Shown piece by piece: positions 43,322-58,749 of a stretch of 64,000 bases of DNA (position 1 is its first letter; every line of letters starts with the position of its first letter). The notes below the pieces were generated by a model that was not told the DNA's origin, searched no databases, and saw nothing but the letters and a program-made list of their open reading frames with translations. This stretch comes from the human T2T-CHM13v2.0 reference genome, Homo sapiens, in NCBI RefSeq assembly GCF_009914755.1, contig NC_060939.1. The stretch is one strand, 5' to 3'. A program made the translations under genes and the position numbers.

Positions 43322-44162
43322 ATATACAAGGCAACTCTTTACTGTGAGGAAAATGGAGTCATTCAATCCTCACCATCCCAAACAGAACAGGCTCTTCCAC
43401 CACAGCCTCTATCAGGCCCTTGTCGGCAGGCCTGGGGCATGAAATCACATAAAGTGGACTCTGGATGGAGAAGGCATTCAGGAACCAGTGCACCGGTCTG
43501 CAGTGTGCAATAACCTCACTCATGTGCCCCTATACCTCCATTTTCTACCTCTCTCTAATAAGAACATGAGGGATTGCTTTTAATACACAGATTAGCATTT
43601 GGGCCATTCATATAAACATACAACAATCCTGTCAACAGTATTATAGTTGGTGTCCTATAGTTGTGCCTCCTCTAACCTGTGAATTAGCAATAGATCATCC
43701 TATCCAGAGGCTTGGTCTGTGTGCTTCTTCTAAAGGTATCAAAATAAAGAAGTTGTTTCTTCTTTTCTCTGCTCCATAATCAATATACAACACAAAGCTT
43801 CATTCATGCATAGTTTGAGCTAGGTCATAGCATGACCATGTCCTAGAACTTACTTTCTGCCTTCCGATATCCATAGTAAATAGCCAAAATATGTACTCAA
43901 TACATCCATTTTTAAAACTAGTCAATTTAAGATAAGAAATATCACAAATGGGTTTTTGGCATTATAAGATAAAAAGATCAATTGATTGAAAGTCTCGTTC
44001 CTTAAGATTGAATTTAATTGGTTTGATTGACATCATTTATCCACAGTCCATAAACCAAAGTTATCCATCATCATTGATGAACGGCATTTGAAAACTATCA
44101 TCAAATTAGTTGCTTAGAAATGCCAAGATGCCACCTTAGACAAGGAAGGCCTCTGGCAAAAT

Positions 44163-44487
44163 ATATTCATGTGCTGCCTAATGACTTTTGTCCACCATGG
44201 ACTGCATATATGACAGTAGACTCATAAGATTATAATACTGTATTTTATTGTATCTCCTCTAAGATTAGATATGTTTAGCTACACAAATACTTACCATTGT
44301 GTTACAATTTCCTACAATATTCAGTACAGTAACATGCTGTACTTGTTTGTAGCTCAGGAACAATAGGCTATACCATATAGCCTAGGCATGTAATAGCCTA
44401 TACCATCCAGGTGTGTGTAAGTTCACTCTATGATGTTCACACAAAGATGAAATCGCCTAAGGAAGGACACAACTCTCAGAACGTATC
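44163..44487. mobile_element. Tigger3a (MER7A)-like DNA transposon
   Basis: CATAAGATTATAATACTGTATTTTTA...TTCAGTACAGTAACATGCTGTAC...AATAGGCTATACCATATAGCCTAGG. Confidence 0.8.
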
Positions 44488-45174
44488 TGGACTGTAGGAG
44501 AACAACAATCTGATTATCAGATCTTCAAAACGTGGGCAGCCTTACAAGATTCAGAGTTTAACTGATAAGCATGTAATTTGCAATTTCCTAACCCTGGAAT
44601 TTGTCAAGATAATGTTATAATAGTCCCTTATAGAACTAATAGACTCTTCCAATAAGTAGATGCTGCTTTGTGAATTCAGTCCTATCGTGAGACTTCTGAA
44701 TTGGGATCTTGGAATCTCATTAGCCTCAGAATCCTAAATTTATAATAAAGATGCATAGAGGCATAGTGAGTAGCATTTGGAAGATGCTCTTAATTCTCAG
44801 TTCTCCAGTTTGTCTTAATCTTTTTATATAAACTCCTCTAATCCTCAACCTGGCTTCTGCCTGTGCAAAAGTCAATATATGAGTTAGTTACTACTCCCCA
44901 GTGAAAGACGATAACATTTTAGGAGTGATACTTTATGTATATTTAGCATTTGTCATCCCTAAACTTCAGTTATAGAAATTCTCGCATGAATCCCCAAAAT
45001 ATGTCAGTGAACTAACAGTCTGTAAACATACAATCATGGCATTTAATATCGTATTAGCTACACAGAAAAATAAGGTATTTTATAGCACATGCTCAAGAGA
45101 TTTCACTATTGACATTAAAATCTCCAATGGAAATACTCCTTGGAATTGAGGATATATTGCAGTAGTGGTAAAAA

Positions 45175-45345
45175 ATATTAATATTTGTTGAGAACTCACC
45201 ATAGCCCTGGCATTCTGCTAAATATTGGATATCCTTTTCTCATTTAAACCTCACTGCTATCCTAGGAAGTAGAAACTATTATTACCCCTATTTTACCAGA
45301 AGCAAATTGAATCAAGAGAGTAACTGTTTTACCCAAAATCATCAG
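45175..45345 (-). mobile_element. MIR
   Basis: CTCATTTAAACCTCAC...ATTATTACCCCTATTTTAC. Confidence 0.65.
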
Positions 45346-45351
45346 CAGGAA

Positions 45352-45847
45352 TGTTGCCAAACAATGGCCTCACTGCCTAAGGTACACAGAAGTCAGTACT
45401 ATGGCACCAGCTTTTGAGAAAAGAAAGGGCTTTATTGCAAGTCAACTGCCAAGGAGACAGGAGCCAACACTCAAATCTGTCTTCCTGAACAAGGGTTTGA
45501 GAGCAGGTTTTCCAGGCAAACAGCAACAATGCAAGGGACAGGAAAATGAAACAAGGCATGATCTGATTGGATCATGCAAAGAAGTCACGCCAGGTCTTTG
45601 GTTAAGTCCATACGGCAGCAAAACAGGGCACCCCTTGCTTCTTAATTTGGCCCTTGCTCCTTGATCCAAGCACTTGGGTTCCACACATCATTGACTTTTT
45701 TATTCCAGCTGGCTCCAGGGTCCTGAATCAGGTACCCTTAGTTCATTTGGGCATGCTCAGGTAATGTGACCAGCAACCTGGGGGTCCCTTGCACTGAAAA
45801 ACTCATCATTTTGTTACTGACAACGTTGAATTGGTTCTGCCATTACA
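45352..45847 (-). mobile_element. Solo ERV LTR (family uncertain, LTR47/53-like)
   Basis: TG...CA termini; reverse AATAAA (CTTTATTGCAAG) ~80 bp from the left end; GGAGACAGGAG...CTCAAATCTGTCT. Confidence 0.6.
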
Positions 45848-47069
45848 GAATGACAAATTAACAGGAACTGCAGTGATCTACATGAGGTGTTGGTATCTTG
45901 GGCTAGGTCATAACAATGGAAATAGAAATGAGTGGATCTGGGGTCACTTTGCAGGCAACAGCAGCTGCTGATAGACTGAGTGTAGCAGGTGGAGAAGCAG
46001 CAGCAATCGGGGTGGCTGCTAGGATTCTGCTTGAGTAGTTGCCCTGATGGCATTTATGTATATGAGAGAGAAGTAGGTTGATGCGTGTTCCCAAGAGGAG
46101 AATAAAACACATTGTAGTCATGATCTACAAATTAAACATACAATTATACACACAGACACATGTATCTATACATATTTAAAACATGATCCTAGAGAAGGAT
46201 GTTTTTTCTCTTGCTGTTTTTCATACTGTCCTATCATGGGAGACCCACAATTAGGACTCTGAAGACAGCTGTTTGCTTGGGGTTTTGCTAATGCTTCGGT
46301 GTATCAAAGTAAGGCACACACTCCTGAGGAGAAATCTGGCATGGAAACATCCTTAAATGCCACCCTACCCCTCATGGTTTATATAAGCCTTAGCTACAGC
46401 ATTGTCTAGAAATGGCTATTCTTTGTCTTTTCTTTGGAACACATTTCTCACTTCAAATGCAACTACCCTTTGCCAGCCCAGGATTTTCCCAATACTGAAC
46501 GGGTGCCCATCTTCAAGGACAATTCCAAATGTGTGCCCCTGCCTTTGGAACAATGAAGAGGGTTTCGCTCATTGTTTTTCTTGTCTTATCTGCATCCAGA
46601 AATTTCTGGCTTGTGCCATTTTAATTTTATATACTTTTACTTTATTTCATTTGAATTTTAGAAAATAATGAGTATTTAAGAGAATAAGTGTTTGAATTTA
46701 AACAACTAGGAGTAGGATTACTGCATGTAGAGCCTGGGATTGCCATTTGAAGTCATTAACCAGCCTGAGACCAACCTTTCCAGCATGCCTGCAGGGATGT
46801 CTTCCCGGGTTCTGATACATCGCACATTGTGTGACTCCCAAGCAAGCTCTTGGCCACTCAAAGAAAAACCACTGAATCAAAGGAGATGGCATATGAGTCA
46901 TTTCATCAATTACTTATTTCACATAGATTTAAAACTATGTCTTGCTGAGCTCAACTTGACTGCATGTTTGAATAGTGAAAGACATTGTGTGAAAAAGAAA
47001 AGGGGCAAATCTAATCACAGGCACAAATACCCTTCTAGAACCACATTTTAGATAAGAGTGTCCCGCAGA

Positions 47070-47718
<649 letters not shown>

Positions 47719-47808
47719 TTAACAGCGTACTCCAAAAGGGGAAAAATGATCTGTGGTCACGTGAGTAATGCTAGGTTAAGTAAATTTGAACAGGTTTCTT
47801 TACTATAG

Positions 47809-48147
<339 letters not shown>

Positions 48148-48929
48148 GACTTCTCCAGATCTTTAATGTGATGCTAATAGGTTCTGTATCTCCAAGAAAG
48201 GAGAGAGGGCATTTAACTGTTTCCCAAACTTATTTAATCACAGAAAGCTATTTTTGAGAATGTTTTGTGGCACATATTTTGAGAATCTCAATTCCAAAGG
48301 AAAGAAAAACATAAATAAGGGCTTAATTGAAAGGACAACCTCATTTAAAAGTTGACATAGAGGCCATTATTTGGGTCACAGAAAACTAAGGCCTGAGATT
48401 TGTCATGGAGTTCATGTCCCCATTTGGTCACTAAGATAGAGACTTGTCATTGTAATGGCTGCTCAGCACTGGTGAACACCCGCCATGAACTGACCCAAAC
48501 CAGTGTGGCCACACATGAGGCGAGGCATGCCCGTTATCACACTACCAAATACGGAAACCAAGTCTTAAACCAATTTTTTGCTCCATATACAGACATTTAC
48601 TTTACAATTGCTTATTAACAATTCATACAACACGTTTGGTTAGCTCAAAGAAGTCCCATTTTCTGTCCTTTTAGGGGCTCTCAGCACCACCTTGACTGAA
48701 ACATTTTCTCAAGGCAGACATGGCAACATGCCCGAGGCAGGATTCTGGAAGGTTCCTAGGCCATGCCGGGCAACTTGGAATTCTCCAACTAAGTGGGTGG
48801 ACACTGGGCCAGTTAGCGATCAAGTCTCAGGCACTATCCCTAAGAAAAAGGCTGCAGTCTTTGCTGGAGCCTTATACCCTCTTCATTAAAAACAGGAAGG
48901 GCTCTAATATTTTAGCCAATCGAGGTAGC

Positions 48930-49314
48930 AGTATTAGTTTGTGAGGGACCACAGGCTGGTAACAATAGAAATTTATTTTCCCAGAGTGCTGGAGGCTGGA
49001 ATGCTAAGATCCAGGTGTTGGCAGGCTTGGTTTCTCCTGAGGTCTCTCCCCTTGTTTTGCAGATGGTCATCTTCTCACTGAGTCCTCACATGGCCTTTTC
49101 TCTGTACATGCACATCCCTGGTGTCCCTGAGTGTCCAAATCCCCTCATCTTATAAGGACTTCAGTCAGATTGGATTAGGGCCACAATAATGGCCTCATTT
49201 TAATGTAATCACCTCTTCAAAAATCCTATCTTTAAATATAGTCACATTCTGAGGTACTGGCGCTTAGGGCTTAAACATATGAATTGGTAGCAGGGACACA
49301 ATTCAGCCCATACC
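48930..49314 (-). mobile_element. MLT1A/B-type MaLR LTR
   Basis: GTATTAGTTTG...AGAAATTTATTTTC...GGAGGCTGG...CTTATAAGGAC..CAGTCAGATTGGATTAGGGCC...ACACAATTCAGCCCATA. Confidence 0.82.
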
Positions 49315-49457
49315 AGTATCCTAAATATTGTTTTTTTTATTATAATGATATCCCATATCTAATGTTCATTTTGCTAATTAATGTCACTAGTTTCCACAGT
49401 GAAAACTCCTTTCGGATATTCACTATGCTAATTAGCAAAGTCTCATACACTTCTCTT

Positions 49458-49912
49458 CTTTTTTAATATAATTTCAACTTTTCTTTTAGATGTGGGGGTT
49501 CACGTGCAGGTTTGTTACCTGGGTATATTGTGTGACGCTGAGGTTTGAGGTATGAATGAATCCATCACTGAGATAGGGAGCATAGTACCCAATAGGTCGT
49601 TTTTCAGTCCCTTACTCCCCTCCTTCTCTTCCCCCGCTAGTAGTACCCAGTGCCTATTGTTGCCATCTCTATGTCCATGTGTACCAAATATTTAGCCCCC
49701 ACTTATAAGTGAGAATATGTGGTATATGGTTTTCTGTTCCTGCATTAATTCACTCAGAATATCAGCCTCCAGCTGCATTCATGTTGCTGCAAAGGACATG
49801 ATTTTGTTCCTTTTCATGGTTGCATAGTATTCTATGGTATATGTGTACCACATTTTCTTTATCCAATCCACCATTGATGGGCACCTAGATTGGTTCCATG
49901 TCTTTGCTATTG
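49458..49912 (-). mobile_element. L1PA15/16-like 3' end
   Basis: Homologous to 12660-13204 (GCAGGTTTGTTACCTGGGTATATTG..GCTGAGGTTTG). Confidence 0.88.
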
Positions 49913-52019
49913 TCTCACTCACTTCCTTACATCACTAGCTCCATAATCAGTCAGGTGCAAGGGCATCTGATTGACTGAGCCTAATAGCAAGGGAGGCTGG
50001 TGAAGTATGTTTTTGGCTTTTATCCTGGGAGGAAAGGACTCATATAATTGGGCTCTTTTTTGCAGTATCTGTATTTCTTTGCATATTTCAGCATAGACAA
50101 TGTGATATCATCTGTATGCCAGCTTCAATGCTAAGGGCAGCCAATTACCTTAATAGAGAATGTACACTGGAGGGTTGCTTACGTAGCAACACTCAGGAGA
50201 CTTCAACAAATGCTCCGTTTATACCTATAAACTGAGTAGTGTCCTCATAGGATCAGCGTTGGATGGGGTTTGGCCAAATGTCATTATTTCAACTGGTTCT
50301 CTGTCTTTTGGAGATTCTGTGTTACCTCACAGATAATTCTTGTAATAAATCCCTTTTCTGCTTAAACTAGCCAGAATTCATCTTTGCAGCCAAGACACCT
50401 GATACAGTTACCAATCCTTAGATTTTCAGAAAGCATATGCAAGATATGTTATGGTATAGTGATCTCCTCTCTCATAAAACCAGGGAATCACAGGTTGACC
50501 AGCTGACCTGCCTAATTTAGACATCTCTATACCTATAGCAGGGAGAATTAGAGAGTCATATCATGTTGGAACTAGAAGGGACTGTAGCAATCATCTAACA
50601 CAGATGAAGAAATAGTCCTAGAGAGAAAAGATTGCTCCAGGCCACATCCATTTTTATCCCTACCCCCAAAAGGATGTTTTAAAATAACCCCTGTAACAAT
50701 CCTCAGCCTGGAGAGAACAATTTTCCATTTCTGTTTAAACCCATATCCCAAGGTGGCGGAGACAACATCAGGAAAAAGCTGCACAGCCAGGTCTTCATTA
50801 AAGACACGCTGGAGCCCAGGTGGGCTTGCAGAGTGACCTATCCCCCAGACTCGGCAGTGAGTCACTACAGGGTCAGTTCAGCATGTTTTTCTCTGTTTCA
50901 GACTACAGTTCAGCTAGGCTTTAGGTCGGCATCTTTTTAGGTTGCTAGGGAGGCCTCTCTGGTAGGGGTATGGAGAGGAAAACAAGATCTCCCAGCCTAA
51001 CCAGACCAGGCTAGACAGGAGAGAGGCGCTGCTGTTTGGTTGTGGGTGTCATCCAGGGTAATTCACTTTTCTGTGTTTGCCACCCAGTCATATCTATGGT
51101 TGTAGGTTTGTTGTTGTTATTGTTGTTTTCCTTTGAGTTTTTTTTGTGTGTTAAAACCTAAACTGTTCAAAGAAAATGCATGCTGTTCTCATCCCTCAAC
51201 CAAGCATGTTTTCTCAATTAGACGCATTTTCACAGAGAATTAGTCTTAAAACCCCTGTGAGCTTAAAAATAGATTAAGAACTATTTCTTAAGCTCCCTTT
51301 CTTTGGAATTTAAAGTGTTTTTGAGTGGAGTTTTTTTGGGGGGTGGAGGAGAGGAAGTTTAGCGTAATTAAGTAGATCAAGAAAAAAAAGAAAATCATTT
51401 AACTATTTCTTATATGATCCTCAGGCTTTGAGGTTCACTCATGTAAATAAAGCTCATCATGGATATTAATTCATTCATTCCTATACTCCTTCATTCACAA
51501 CAGACTGTGTATCTATCAGGTTCAAGGCACTGTGCTAAAAGAAATATACAGGAAGAAGCCCGGAGCATTTAAAAGCAGGATGTTGACAAACACACACATT
51601 GAAGATACTATGATTTGAGCTTCTGACATCTGGACTAATTAAAGCTGAGGAAATTGGCATCTATTTGGCAAAATGGCCAACAAAGAAGACACCAGGCAGA
51701 ACAACCCACAGAAAATTTCATCAGCCAGGAAATTAGAATTCACTCTCCCCATCCAAAGAGAAAGTTAATTACTGGCTTTGGTGGATTGCATTCCTGGCTC
51801 TGCACTATTATCTTAACACAGAAGGCAAGAGAAGGCAAGAAGGGGCTGAAAGAGCCATCCTTCCAAAATATACTTGGGAGAATTAAAACACCGATGTTCT
51901 TCTCTGGGGCCCTTGTGACTGGTCAGATCCTCTTGCCCAGATCATAAGAGGGCTTAGTGGAAACAAAAATGGTGGTTGTGAATGTGAACACTATTAAATG
52001 GTCTTTCTTCTGTATCCAA

Positions 52020-52265
52020 AGGTCTAAGCCTTTCTGAATGGAGTCTTTCAAGACTCAGCTCAGACACTACCTTTTCAAGGAAACCTTTTGTGACCTCTCT
52101 GCCCTCAACCCCACACACACAACCATGCCAGCTAGACCATAGATCTTCCTTAGCATTTCCACACATCTGCATTACCCCTCATGGCCCAGCCTCATTATCA
52201 GCATCCCTCATGAGGCTGGTGGACACTTGGGGTGTCTCTGGCACATTGTAAACCCTTCATAAATG
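52020..52265 (+). mobile_element. L2 3' fragment
   Basis: TTTCAAGACTCAGCTCAGAC..ACCTTTTCAAGGAAACCTT...TGGCACATTGTAAAC..TCATAAATG. Confidence 0.55.
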
Positions 52266-53081
52266 ATTTCTGAAGGACTGTAATACATAGTTTATACAAT
52301 TTTCAGCATACGAATTTAAGGGAAAGCATAAAAGAAAAATACCCATGGTGTACATTTAAATAATAATAATACATAAAGGAAATTTCACATATTTAAACAG
52401 ACAAAGACTGACTTATACTAGAAGAGAAATAATGACCTATCCCACAGGGTATATGTAACACCATACGTTTTCCAAACTGCTAAAAGAGAGGTAGTTTGCC
52501 TAAAGTTAACTCCCAACTCTACTCACTTAAAGGTGGAGGGTCCATTTATTCTTAACAGTGAGGAGCATTTCAGAATAGAATGTTCTCACACACACACACA
52601 CTGAAGGCACATAATTTGAGCTACTGAAACCTTGAACTCGTTAAAGCTTAGTTGTTGGAATGCATACTCCTAACTTTGCAAGATTATTACACTTAGAGAA
52701 CATCTGAGATTGCAGTTAAATAAAACTTAGGTTTGTCTGAAAAATTAATTAGTGTACATAATTATTCTGCCACATAAAGCAAGGTATCAGATGTAAGCAA
52801 TTCATGTATGTTATTTTAATAATTAGCACCACTAAGTTATGTTCCTTTTCCACCTCTGGCTTAATTTATTCTCTAATATGTGTACAAGTGTCTGGTCTAC
52901 TGTGTTCCCCACACCATTAATGCCAACCACACACACGTAAGCACAGGCAGCAAAAGATTAAAATCCTGCGCACCCTGTTTCGCCTGCCTCTTCACACTCC
53001 TGCCTCTACTATGGCCCCGGGTGGTGCTCCCCAGTACTCCCAAGCTCTCTGCCTCCTCATTCTCTCTCTTTTCCCCTACTT

Positions 53082-54094
53082 CCAGGGGAGGATTCACATC
53101 GGATGGGACTGAAACGTATACAATTTAGGGTTTCTTATTTTCAAAAAATAATATTAAATTATTAATTCTACTGGGTGCGGTGGCTCACGCCTGTAATCCC
53201 AGCACTTTGGGAGGCCGAGGCAGGCGGATCATAAGGTCGGAAGTTCTAGATCAGCCTGACCAACATGGTGAAACCCTGTCTCTACTAAAAATACAAAAAA
53301 TTAGCCAAGTATGGTGGCACACACCTGTAATCCCAGCTACTCAGGCAGGAGAATTCCTTGAACCCGGGAGGCGGAGGTTATAGTGAGCTGAGATTGCACC
53401 ACTGCACTCCAGCCTGGGAGACAAAGCGAGACTCCATCTCAAAAAAAATTGTTTTAAAATTAGGTAGAAATAAATATTTATTTAAAAAGAGAAGTTTCAT
53501 CAAACTAAAACACAAAGTAACAAATATCACAAAATCTAAGGGAAAAAAATCTCAAAATAAATGTATTAGATAGTTCTTTGTGTAGCACTGGTCCACGGAC
53601 TGCCTTCTGACTATGCCATGTATATTTCAAACCTTGTCTCTCCTGTATGACCCACATGCATCCAGGGGAAGCCACTGTAGGTTGACATGACCATCATGAT
53701 AAGACCTCTAGCACTACATCTTCAGGTCAGGACAGCAGGTGGGCGATAGGAAGATGAATGGAAGCCATTCCAACACAAGGAGGGCTAGCCGTTACCTCAC
53801 ACAGTGACTGCAAACCACACAGATATATCTTCACAACCTGTCCCCTGAGCCAGATCCAAAAATTGCCTGTAGTCACTCTAACTCTCTAACAGAGAAGTGT
53901 GACTGAGGCAAGTTAAAATGGAAAAGTCAGAGGATGTAAGCAGTTGTAGCTAACATGTCTTACTTGTGCAAATGTTGCCAAACATGACCACATGAACGCA
54001 TCACTAGGGCCTCTCTAGGGCCTGGGAAGGAACCCAGGCATGTGAGGGACCCTGACACCTAAGCCTCTACAGCTTCTTGGTAATCCCACCTCTG
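53082..54094 (-). mobile_element. Arthur1 (MER69)-like hAT-Tip100 transposon interrupted by an Alu
   Basis: Termini CAGGGGGAGGATT... and ...TAATCCCACCTCTG. Right end matches the Arthur1 start (AGGG.CCCTCAC.TGC..GG..CCTTCC.AGGCCCT). Confidence 0.65.
53171..53448 (+). mobile_element. AluS with a small internal deletion
   Basis: Full dimer; right arm reads CTCAGGCAGGAG, lacking GAGGCTGAG. Confidence 0.92.
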
Positions 54095-54403
54095 CCTTCC
54101 TCCCACACATCTTCCCATGGATTCCAGTCCCCAAGCTTCTGGGTCCAGCAAGGCAATGAGGCTCAAGGCACTGAGCGCCATGCCTTAGGGCAGGATGGAC
54201 AAACTGGCAAAGGAAACAGGAAGAGTAAATCACACAGATGCCCTCTGCCTTCAAGTCTTGGGACAAAGAGGGATGGAGGGAGGGATTAGAGTTCTGAGCA
54301 AAGACAGGACTTTGAACTCAAGCAAGTGGACACTAGCTCATTGAATAACCATGAGCTAAGTGCTTCACACGGATTACTGCTTTCATCCTCACTACCACCC
54401 TAA

Positions 54404-54702
54404 GGAAAAGGAGAGAGGGAAGGAGAAGAGAAAGAAAAAGAGGAAGGAGAAAGGTAAGAGAAAGGATGATGATGAAAAGGAGGAGGAAGAAGGAGAACAT
54501 GGAGAAGAAGAATGTAAAAAAGAAGAAGGAAGACAGAAAGAAGAGGGGTAGGAGGAGGGGAATAAGAAGGGGGAGGAAGAGACACAGAGGAAGAAGAGAA
54601 AGAAGAGAAAGAGATCAAGTGAAAGAGAAAAAGGGAAGGGGAGGGAAAAGAGCAAAGAAGAAAACGTAAGCTGATAGAGAGAGATAAAAGAAAAAAGAGA
54701 AA
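54404..54702. repeat. GA-rich (polypurine) low-complexity tract, ~300 bp
   Basis: Near-pure A/G strand (GGAAAAGGAGAGAGGGAAGGAGAAG...). Confidence 0.9.
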
Positions 54703-55689
54703 GTTTACTCGTGAACTCCTCTTCCCTAGGAAGCAGCAGTGTTTATCTTTGCTGTCATAATAAAATTAAAAGCTTTTTTTCAGACTATACACTCATCCTC
54801 TTAAATTAGAAAGAGTGACAATTTCTTTTGGCTCAGTTCTGCAAAATGCAAGTTGTCATGATCTCACCTCTTAAAAAAAGGAAAAAGGGAAAAAAGCAAC
54901 CTCCCAAGAGATGGCTATCACTTCAAGCGAATGCCCAGCGGGCCAGCCATTTGGTTGCTGTCCATGTTTTCCAGTGGCATGTGAGCCTTTCACCCAGACC
55001 ACAATCCCATGCCAAGCTCCATGTCATGTTCAATCTTCAAAATCTTTTGTACAATTCCAACACTTTCCAGCAAGAGTTGATTTTCTTTATGTTTGCTTGT
55101 CTTTTAACTGACTGACACTCATAATTTTCTTCCAAGGAAAAAAGAATAGCAGAAAACTTGAAAATATCACCTAATCTGTACTGCACATGTTAAGACTGTT
55201 CAGAAAAGTTGAAAAATTATAATTCGCAAATGGGTGGCTTGAAGTACCAGTTGAACCTCAGAAAAATTAAATTCTTTAGGAGGAATGCCTTTAATTAGAA
55301 TCAGAAGTAGACTCTGTCATGGAAGTCCTGGAAACTCCATTATTTCACAGATTTGCAGACTCATAGACTTTCTTATTTATTGTCAGAAACTTCTGGAAGT
55401 CTCTCAATGAATCTCCAAGTTACTGGGTGAGACCACACCTAGCCCAGGATTCCAGATGAACTGCCTAGTCCATATTATTGGTGAAGACACCCAGGAAATA
55501 TTTCACAACCTATCTCAGTAACATTCCAATGTGTTACAATCCTCGCTTTTAGGAAATCCTTCATTATTTCCAAAGATACTGCTACTGCTCTACATCCTTT
55601 GTGAAAATAACAAGATCAAAACCTTTATAATCTCAAAAAAAAAAAAAAAAAAAAAAAACAGGAAAAGAATTAAGGAACATTCTCTCTTC

Positions 55690-56017
<328 letters not shown>

Positions 56018-57729
56018 TAACATGTCTATACCTTTTTCAGTCCTTTAATGACCTGTGTGGACCCTGTACATAACAACGTGCTCTGTGGGCCCCTCCGTTG
56101 TGGGTCGAACAATTAAACACCTCACTCTGGTTGGTGCCAGCCAGATGAGTTGATGAAACCTGAGAGGCCAGATTGCTTCCAGTTCTGTAAAACCTGTTTG
56201 AGAATTAAAAGAGATGCTCCATCATGTCCTAGGCTGAGTAAATATGAAGGAACAGTGTAATTCTATGGCAACTGACAATCCCAACAGTAAGCCAACACAG
56301 CACCACCCCCAGGAGCAACAGCAAGTGTTTGAGTGGGTTCAAAAGAGAGTTGGGGAACTAGGGGGATTGGGGCTGCACGTGACGAGGAGAAAGGGTGTGG
56401 GATAACATGGGTTGGCCTTGGTTGATAGGCTATGTCCAGTCTCTGCTGCCTCTGTCTCTCCTTCCTCCTCCTTACCTCACTCTTGAGCCCCCCACCTTTC
56501 TCTGTCTCCCTATCTGAAACACATACCCTGCTCTTAATTGGGAAACTAGTAAACATTTCTGCTGATTTTAATCCTGAAACATCATTGAGACCATATGAAA
56601 TGAGTCTTAAGGATCAGAACCATATGAAGGGAAGGACTGTGGGCTGGCAGCCGGCGCACCTGTGCTGTCTTCTGGACTTCCACCACCAACAGTCTCCAGG
56701 ACCTGTTTCAAGTTGCTTCACCTCTTTGAACCGACTTCATCTATTAACTGAGTGGTTGAACTAGATGGCTCTTTCTGGCTTAAAAATTCTGTGATTTCAT
56801 TTCTGGAGGAATTTCAAGCATGGGTAGAGAGAGAAGAAACTGAGAGGCAAGAGGTATGGTTTGGACTCATCAAATTAAATCACAGGTGACTTTCCAGTCC
56901 CCCCACCACCCCGATCTGTAAGGCTGCCTTTGGGTGCGTGGCCTTCCTGCAAAATGGCAAACACTTGAAAAAGCTTCCACGCTGAAACCCAAACCAGACC
57001 ATATTTAGGATGCCCCATAAGGTGGCATTTTTTACTAAGATGATAAAGGATAAACATTGGTGGAGCCAGAGAGGCTGCTCCCAAATACAGTCCTCCCCAT
57101 CAGCAACACTGCAGTAGCCTGCACCTATCGTCCAGAGTATGAAAAAGACTTTTGCCAAAGACGGCTTTTGGGGATTTATCATTATTACATGTTAAGAGCC
57201 TGTTCTCCATGTCCTCACCTTCCTACCTTGCTAATCTTCCCCATTTCCATCTTTCGGCCCAGTGTGAGACCTCACCATCTCCTTTTCCCATCTTCTTTCC
57301 TCCATACCCTTGGTTTCCTAGCAGGTCAATGCCCCTGCCCCTTCACTGGAATCCATCCATCCTGGTTATTCTTTTCTTTATGAACCTGCTGGACTACATC
57401 TCAAAGTTACCCAAAAGAGGGATACAAAGACACAATAAAATCGGAAATAACGCTCACCCTTACCAGCCTGCAGTTAAGAGTGTGTGGAACTAGGGTGGCT
57501 GCAGGCAAAGAGATAGGGGGAAGGGCTGCCTCATGCCATGGGCAGGACAGTAAATGGTGCAAATTTTCTGGAAAGCATCTTAGTAATATAGGTGAAGAGC
57601 CTTTACAATGTGTTTATCCTATGACCTATCCTTACTTCTCTTATTCTAAAGGAATAAGAAGAGGTTTAATCAAAGCATGAGTGAAAAGGCCATCCAAACA
57701 CAGGGAAAGGGGCCGTTATGATGTCTACG

Positions 57730-58150
57730 GTTCTAAGAAATAGAAAACAACAACTTGGCTTAAATAATAAGCACATAACCAAAGAAATCTAGAAGTAGGA
57801 TTCCCTTAAGAGTTGAGAGATTTAGCAGCTCAAAAATGTGACCTGACATACGAGTTCTTTCTATGCTTTTGTTCTTCCTCCTCCAACACTGGTTTCACAC
57901 TAAACTTGGCTCCCCAGTGGCCAATAGCACCAAACAGCACTTATCGGCATTCTTGTTGGTATCCAAAAGAGATGGAGAAAGCCTGATTTCACATGGCTCT
58001 TCCTTAAAAGCAACAAAGGACTTTTCCCGGAAGCCTTCAGCAAACCTCGTCAGATTTGAATCACATGCCAATTCCTAAATCAGTCACTGGCAGGGAAGTG
58101 GGAAAAAGGGGAGGAGGTGTTTACCCTTAACCAATATGCCTACCCCTGCC
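57730..58150 (-). mobile_element. Old MLT1 (K/L-type) LTR
   Basis: AATAGAAAAC..CAACT.GGCTTAAATAATAAG...CCTC..CAGATT.GAATCACATGCC.ATTCCTAAATCAGTCACTGGCA. Confidence 0.55.
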
Positions 58151-58403
58151 CACTGAGATCAATTCCATAAAAGTATTGCTTCAGTTCTTTGAAGAGGAGT
58201 ACAATGTTTGTGAGTCACTCACCACATTTACCCACCAAGAGCTAAGGGATAACTGAGTAAAATGGTAGAGCTGGTAGGAAAATGGTGAGTAGTCCCGTCC
58301 TTCTGTGCCATAATTGACTTGTACACAAAGAGATTTGGAAATTTAAACATAAGAACTCTCTCTTCCCAAGCCCAGGGCTTTGGGCACTTCAAGTCTGGTC
58401 CTT

Positions 58404-58749
<346 letters not shown>

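Noticed and set aside
54360-54669. Lys/Glu/Arg-rich and Ser/Phe-rich ORFs
   Set aside because: Translations of the GA-rich low-complexity tract.
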